A DNA stretch of 31,438 nt from a virus. Its lineage: Duplodnaviria > Caudoviricetes. The number at the start of each line of letters is the position of its first letter. Positions within the stretch are counted from its first letter, which is position 1. The notes under the pieces are model-generated. The model was given only the letters and a program-made list of their open reading frames with translations. It did not search any database and was not told the DNA's origin. Of this stretch, positions 27,546 through 31,438 are shown one piece after another. Both the position numbers and the translations under genes were made by a program. The stretch covers positions 1 to 31,438 of the IMG/VR virus record IMGVR_UViG_3300037295_000016, one strand, 5' to 3'.

Positions 27546-27940
27546 CAACGACAAAACAATGGTGCCTAGATGTCAAAGAACATTCTGACGGCGATAAGTA
27601 TATTGAACTGAACCAAGAAATTTTAGAACTTTCTGGATTTAAAGAAGGAGATAAATTATTATGGGTAGATAACCTTGATAGTTCTTTTACAATATTACAG
27701 TATGACAATATTAAAGACTTATACACTCTGACATGTGAAATGAGTATTGACAATCGTTCAATCTTATTATACATTGCAAATGATAATCCTGATGTATATC
27801 TTTTGATTATGTATGAAGCTAACGACATTGCTAATGCTCGTATGTTTAAATATAATACATTAAATTATGTAAATGATTGTGCCGAAAACTGGTTACATAG
27901 ATATGGAGAATTTAAAAATGAAAACATTGATACAAAATAA
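27542..27940 (+). CDS. Hypothetical protein with AbrB/MazE-like N-terminal domain
   Basis: GDKYIELNQEILELSGFKEGDKLLW pattern. Confidence 0.5.
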   Translation: MTTTKQWCLDVKEHSDGDKYIELNQEILELSGFKEGDKLLWVDNLDSSFTILQYDNIKDLYTLTCEMSIDNRSILLYIANDNPDVYLLIMYEANDIANARMFKYNTLNYVNDCAENWLHRYGEFKNENIDTK

Positions 27941-28097
27941 TGATGGTTATATGTTATATGTTAGTAATAAGGAAACAAGTAACAATCTATATCAAGTTGT
28001 ATTTGAAAGACATAACCCAGTGCAAGATGTTACGACTGAAACATTTTATTTTACTAAAGACGAACTAAGTAAACTTTGTGGAGCACTATCGGTATGA
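27918..28097 (+). CDS. Hypothetical protein
   Basis: SD GGAG before ATG 27918; ATGA overlap with thyX. Confidence 0.55.
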   Translation: MKTLIQNNDGYMLYVSNKETSNNLYQVVFERHNPVQDVTTETFYFTKDELSKLCGALSV

Positions 28098-28777
28098 AAG
28101 TAAAACTGGTATCATATTCGCAACCTACAGAAGAATTTATAGCAAATGGCATAAAAGACTTACAAGACTTAGCTGCATATTGTGCCCGTGTATCTAATCC
28201 GTCTAATCAGTTAAATACAGAGACATCTGAAAAACTGATTAACTATCTAGTAAAAAATAAACACTGGAGCCCGCTTGAAATGGTTTCGGTTTGTATGGAA
28301 GTAGAAACAACACGCGATATTATGAGGCAGTTACTTAGACATCGTTCATTTACTTTCCAGGAATTTTCACAGCGTTATGCAGACCCTACAACTGAACTTG
28401 AATTTGTATACCGTGAGGCTAGACTTCAAGACACTAAGAATCGTCAAAATAGTATTAAGATAGATAATGATGACTCATCTAAAGTTGGAGTTATAGCAAT
28501 GTGGCAACAACATCAACGTCATATCATTAATGCTTCACGCGTAGCATATGAATGGGCAATAGAAAATGGTATTGCAAAAGAACAGGCTCGTGCAGTCTTG
28601 CCAGAAGGACTTACGATGTCACGCGCTTATGTCAATGGTACACTACGGTCATGGATTCATTACTGTGAACTGCGCTCATCAAATGGAACTCAGCTTGAAC
28701 ACATTGAAGTCGCAAAAGCATGTGCAGAAGCTATTGCTAAAATATTCCCATTAATTAAACAGTACACTAGTTCATAA
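28094..28777 (+). CDS. thyX: Flavin-dependent thymidylate synthase
   Basis: AYCARVSNP, HWSPLE, ThyX motif RHRSFTFQEFSQRY, KEQARAVLP. Confidence 0.96.
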   Translation: MKVKLVSYSQPTEEFIANGIKDLQDLAAYCARVSNPSNQLNTETSEKLINYLVKNKHWSPLEMVSVCMEVETTRDIMRQLLRHRSFTFQEFSQRYADPTTELEFVYREARLQDTKNRQNSIKIDNDDSSKVGVIAMWQQHQRHIINASRVAYEWAIENGIAKEQARAVLPEGLTMSRAYVNGTLRSWIHYCELRSSNGTQLEHIEVAKACAEAIAKIFPLIKQYTSS

Positions 28778-28853
28778 TCGTCTTTCTGTGGGTCTTTTTT
28801 TACATAGTCCATATATCAATATAGGGTAAAAATTGAGACCCGTAGAAGTGCCT

Positions 28854-28895
28854 AAAATGCCTCACTTTAAATGCTCACTACGGGCATTTTTTATT
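28854..28895 (+). terminator. Possible intrinsic terminator after thyX
   Basis: AAAATGCC (28854-28861) pairs with GGCATTTT (28883-28890), followed by a T-rich tail; the loop is large. Confidence 0.4.
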
Positions 28896-28952
28896 GCTGT
28901 CAATACAAACTATTGTACCTGATAAAAGTCCTTCTACAAGCTCGTAGATACC

Positions 28953-29128
28953 TGTTGTATTTATGCAACAGTTGTGAAAAAAGTTGTTGACAGATCTTCA
29001 AATACCATTTATAATTATTATATTGAATTGACAAACACAGTATTTGAAGTAGTTGCAGAAATACAACAGTCGTGAAAAAAGTTGTTGACAGTTTCCTAAA
29101 TACCGTTTATAATTGTTTATTGAATTGA
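28953..29128 (+). repeat. Tandem duplicated promoter units (98-bp period)
   Basis: Two copies of palindrome + GTGAAAAAAGTTG + TTGACA (28987, 29085) + 17 nt + TATAAT (29010, 29108) + TTGAATTGA. Confidence 0.85.
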
Positions 29129-29143
29129 TTGATGGAATACATT

Positions 29144-30070
29144 ATGACTGACATTACAGTTAAGCAAGACCTTAGTACAGGTAAGTACAACTGCCGTATC
29201 AACGGTAAATCCTTTGCATCTACAAAGCCTGCATACATTGAGTATATGTATCGTAAGCTGACTGGCAGCAAGGCATCATTCCAAAGAATTATGGAAATGT
29301 CAGGCAGTGCTTCAGTTGTCGAGTCTACCGCTACTAAGTTCAACATTAATGAGCGTTTCGGTTTTGTCGAACAGCTTATCAAAATGGTTGCTGCTAATGT
29401 TCAGGCTTCTGCTATCATCACTGGCCAAGGCGGTTTAGGTAAAACCTATACCGTGCAACGTACTCTTGAAGCTGCAGGTTATACCGATATGTCTGATCTT
29501 GCTGACTTTCAGTCTGGTGCAGTAATCAATAAAACTAAGGCCTATACAATGGTCAAGGGTTATTCTACGGCTAAAGGCCTGTATCGTACTCTGTTTGAAC
29601 TGAACAATTCAGTTATCATATTTGACGACTGTGACGATGTTCTCAAAGACTCTACTGCCTTGAACTTACTTAAAGGCGCTCTTGATTCTAATGGTCGCCG
29701 TATTATTTCATGGCGTGCAGATATGCGTGACGATGATCTACCACGTTCATTTGAGTTTACTGGTCGTATTATCTTTATTTCAAACCTTGACCAGTCACGC
29801 ATTGACCAAGCAATTCGTAGCCGTTCAATGATGATCGATCTTACTATGACCGATGACCAAAAAATTGAGCGTATGGAGCACATTGCTAAATCTCCAGAAT
29901 TTATGCCAGAATTTGACTCTGTTTCAAAGACTGAGGCACTAGCATTGATTCGTGACCTTAAATCAAGTGCCAAAGAAATATCTTTACGTACCTTGATTTC
30001 AGTTACAAAGATTCGTGTTGCTGGTGACAAGAACTGGAAAGGTCTTGCCGAATATGTATTATGTGTATAA
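29144..30070 (+). CDS. P-loop AAA-type ATPase
   Basis: Walker A GQGGLGKT, Walker B IIFDDCD, LLKGALDS, IIFISN, AIRSR. Confidence 0.85.
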   Translation: MTDITVKQDLSTGKYNCRINGKSFASTKPAYIEYMYRKLTGSKASFQRIMEMSGSASVVESTATKFNINERFGFVEQLIKMVAANVQASAIITGQGGLGKTYTVQRTLEAAGYTDMSDLADFQSGAVINKTKAYTMVKGYSTAKGLYRTLFELNNSVIIFDDCDDVLKDSTALNLLKGALDSNGRRIISWRADMRDDDLPRSFEFTGRIIFISNLDQSRIDQAIRSRSMMIDLTMTDDQKIERMEHIAKSPEFMPEFDSVSKTEALALIRDLKSSAKEISLRTLISVTKIRVAGDKNWKGLAEYVLCV

Positions 30071-30079
30071 GGAAATAAG

Positions 30080-30502
30080 ATGTCTACACGAAGCACAATA
30101 GCGATTGAACGCACAGACGGTACAGTCCACCAAGTATACTGCTATTGGGATGGTTACATCAGTAATAACGGGCGTCTGTTGCTTGAGAACTATTCAGACC
30201 CAGCAGTATTACAAGAGTTGATTGACTTAGGCAGTATCAGCAGTTTAGGTGATACTATAGGTTTTAAACACTCACTTGACGATTACTCTGTTAAGATGAC
30301 AACGTTTTATGCGCGTGACAATGGCGAAGATTTAAAGGTTAACAAGTTTATTAACTACACTGACTATTGCTTTAGAATGCAAGTGGAAGAATTCAATTAT
30401 ATACTACGCAATACAGGTGAATGGGAATTTACTATACAAAACGTTGGTGTCGTGCGTTCATTAGAAGAATCATGGGCTAACGAACAGTTGTTTTTCTCAT
30501 AA
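30080..30502 (+). CDS. Conserved phage hypothetical protein
   Basis: MSTRSTI...YCYWDGY family pattern; SD AAGGA. Confidence 0.7.
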   Translation: MSTRSTIAIERTDGTVHQVYCYWDGYISNNGRLLLENYSDPAVLQELIDLGSISSLGDTIGFKHSLDDYSVKMTTFYARDNGEDLKVNKFINYTDYCFRMQVEEFNYILRNTGEWEFTIQNVGVVRSLEESWANEQLFFS

Positions 30503-30506
30503 CATA

Positions 30507-30833
30507 ATGGAAACTGAAATGAATAAACCTATGAACGCTTACGCTGTTGCGCTAGAAACACATCATTTTATTGAAGCAATGATAGACTGCTTTACGGAAC
30601 AGACAGACTTGCTTAGAATCATACGCAGAGAAAAACAAGTGTCTTGGTCTCTAGGGTTTGCTGATAGACTGAAGAATGGAACGACCCCGTTGAACGAACA
30701 AGACGTAAAACCAGAACACTATGAAACTATTGTGAAAATGATAAATGAAGCAACTGTGTTCATAAAAATTATGGACATCTTAGAAAAAGAAAAACAAACC
30801 TCTTACCAATTAGGATATTCTAATGGAGGCTAG
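30507..30833 (+). CDS. Hypothetical protein
   Basis: 108-aa ORF in a tightly packed gene run. Confidence 0.55.
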   Translation: METEMNKPMNAYAVALETHHFIEAMIDCFTEQTDLLRIIRREKQVSWSLGFADRLKNGTTPLNEQDVKPEHYETIVKMINEATVFIKIMDILEKEKQTSYQLGYSNGG

Positions 30834-30855
30834 ACAAATTTAAAGGAAAGCTAAA

Positions 30856-31077
30856 ATGAATAAACGAATTGAAGAACTTGCTGAACAATGTGGCTTCAGA
30901 GCTAATCCTGACATTTACGACCGAAACCAGTCATTTGATATACCTAAGTTCGCCCAGTTGATTGTGCAGGAATGTGCTCAATTATTATGGACGGAAGATT
31001 GTCATGTCAGTGACCTTGCAGTCGAAGAATATAACCGCAATGCTAACAAAATTAAACAACATTTTGGAATTGAATAA
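30856..31077 (+). CDS. Small hypothetical protein (MNxRIxELA...KFAxLIV family)
   Basis: SD AAGGA; MNKRIEELAEQ...KFAQLIVQEC...IKQHFGIE. Confidence 0.7.
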   Translation: MNKRIEELAEQCGFRANPDIYDRNQSFDIPKFAQLIVQECAQLLWTEDCHVSDLAVEEYNRNANKIKQHFGIE

Positions 31078-31305
31078 ATGAACATACTACCTTGTCCAAT
31101 GTGCGGAAGTCCAGCAGAGTTAAATTCAACGGGTGCTGCTGAGTGCTATGGCAAGGCTTGGCAAACGATGTGGATCGAATGTACAAAAACGGTTGATGAA
31201 AACTGCGCTATGGATATGATAATCAGTGCAGATTTCTTCGATATTCGAAACGGTGAAGAAGTTATAATTGAAGCATGGAACAAATTAGATCGGAAAACAA
31301 AATGA
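31078..31305 (+). CDS. Lar-like zinc-ribbon protein
   Basis: LPCPMCG...IEC...C...IEAWN, the Lar family pattern. Confidence 0.6.
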   Translation: MNILPCPMCGSPAELNSTGAAECYGKAWQTMWIECTKTVDENCAMDMIISADFFDIRNGEEVIIEAWNKLDRKTK

Positions 31306-31438
31306 ATGAATGAATTCGAGAACTCGCCAAACAGGCTAGAGCAGAAGTTAGAGCCGACTGGGATAAAGAAAATAAAATACCTTACCCAGAAGCGCATTAT
31401 GTGTTTCAAAGAGACAATGACCAAAGGTTCGCTGAGTT
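31302..31438 (+). pseudogene. Paralog of 30856-31077 with in-frame TGA at codon 4 (runs off window)
   Basis: Reads MNE*IRELAKQARAEVRADW...QRFAE; TGA at 31311-31313. Confidence 0.55.

Noticed and set aside
28953-29128. CRISPR-like mini-array
   Set aside because: Only two units, fully explained as promoters, and no cas genes are present.
29560-30114. Minus-strand ORFs (also 6697-7287, 23876-24364 and others)
   Set aside because: They are antisense shadows of well-supported plus-strand genes and carry no motifs.
1-31438. tRNA or rRNA genes
   Set aside because: No cloverleaf or T-loop signature was seen in the few intergenic gaps; not confirmed by software.

Overview
AT-rich, gene-dense, all plus-strand segment of a T4-like (T4 superfamily) bacteriophage genome. 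It carries the core replication/recombination module (3' end of gp55, gp47, gp46, gp45, gp44, gp62, regA, gp43, uvsX, gp40, gp41), thyX, and the start of a hypervariable early region. Four things stand out. (1) A candidate cytosine-hypermodification locus sits between gp43 and uvsX: gp42-like dCMP hydroxymethylase, dCMP deaminase, a nucleotidyltransferase-kinase fusion, a HAD phosphatase, a GT-B glycosyltransferase and an atypical C5-cytosine methyltransferase. The last two carry sliding-clamp-binding-like motifs. (2) The gp41 helicase gene is broken into two ORFs joined by a naturally split intein, with a probable homing-endonuclease remnant between them. (3) An 18-bp palindrome lies upstream of four sigma70-like promoters, at fixed spacing in three. 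(4) A ROSE-like RNA thermometer precedes hsp20. All calls come from motif recognition and synteny by eye; no database searches were run.
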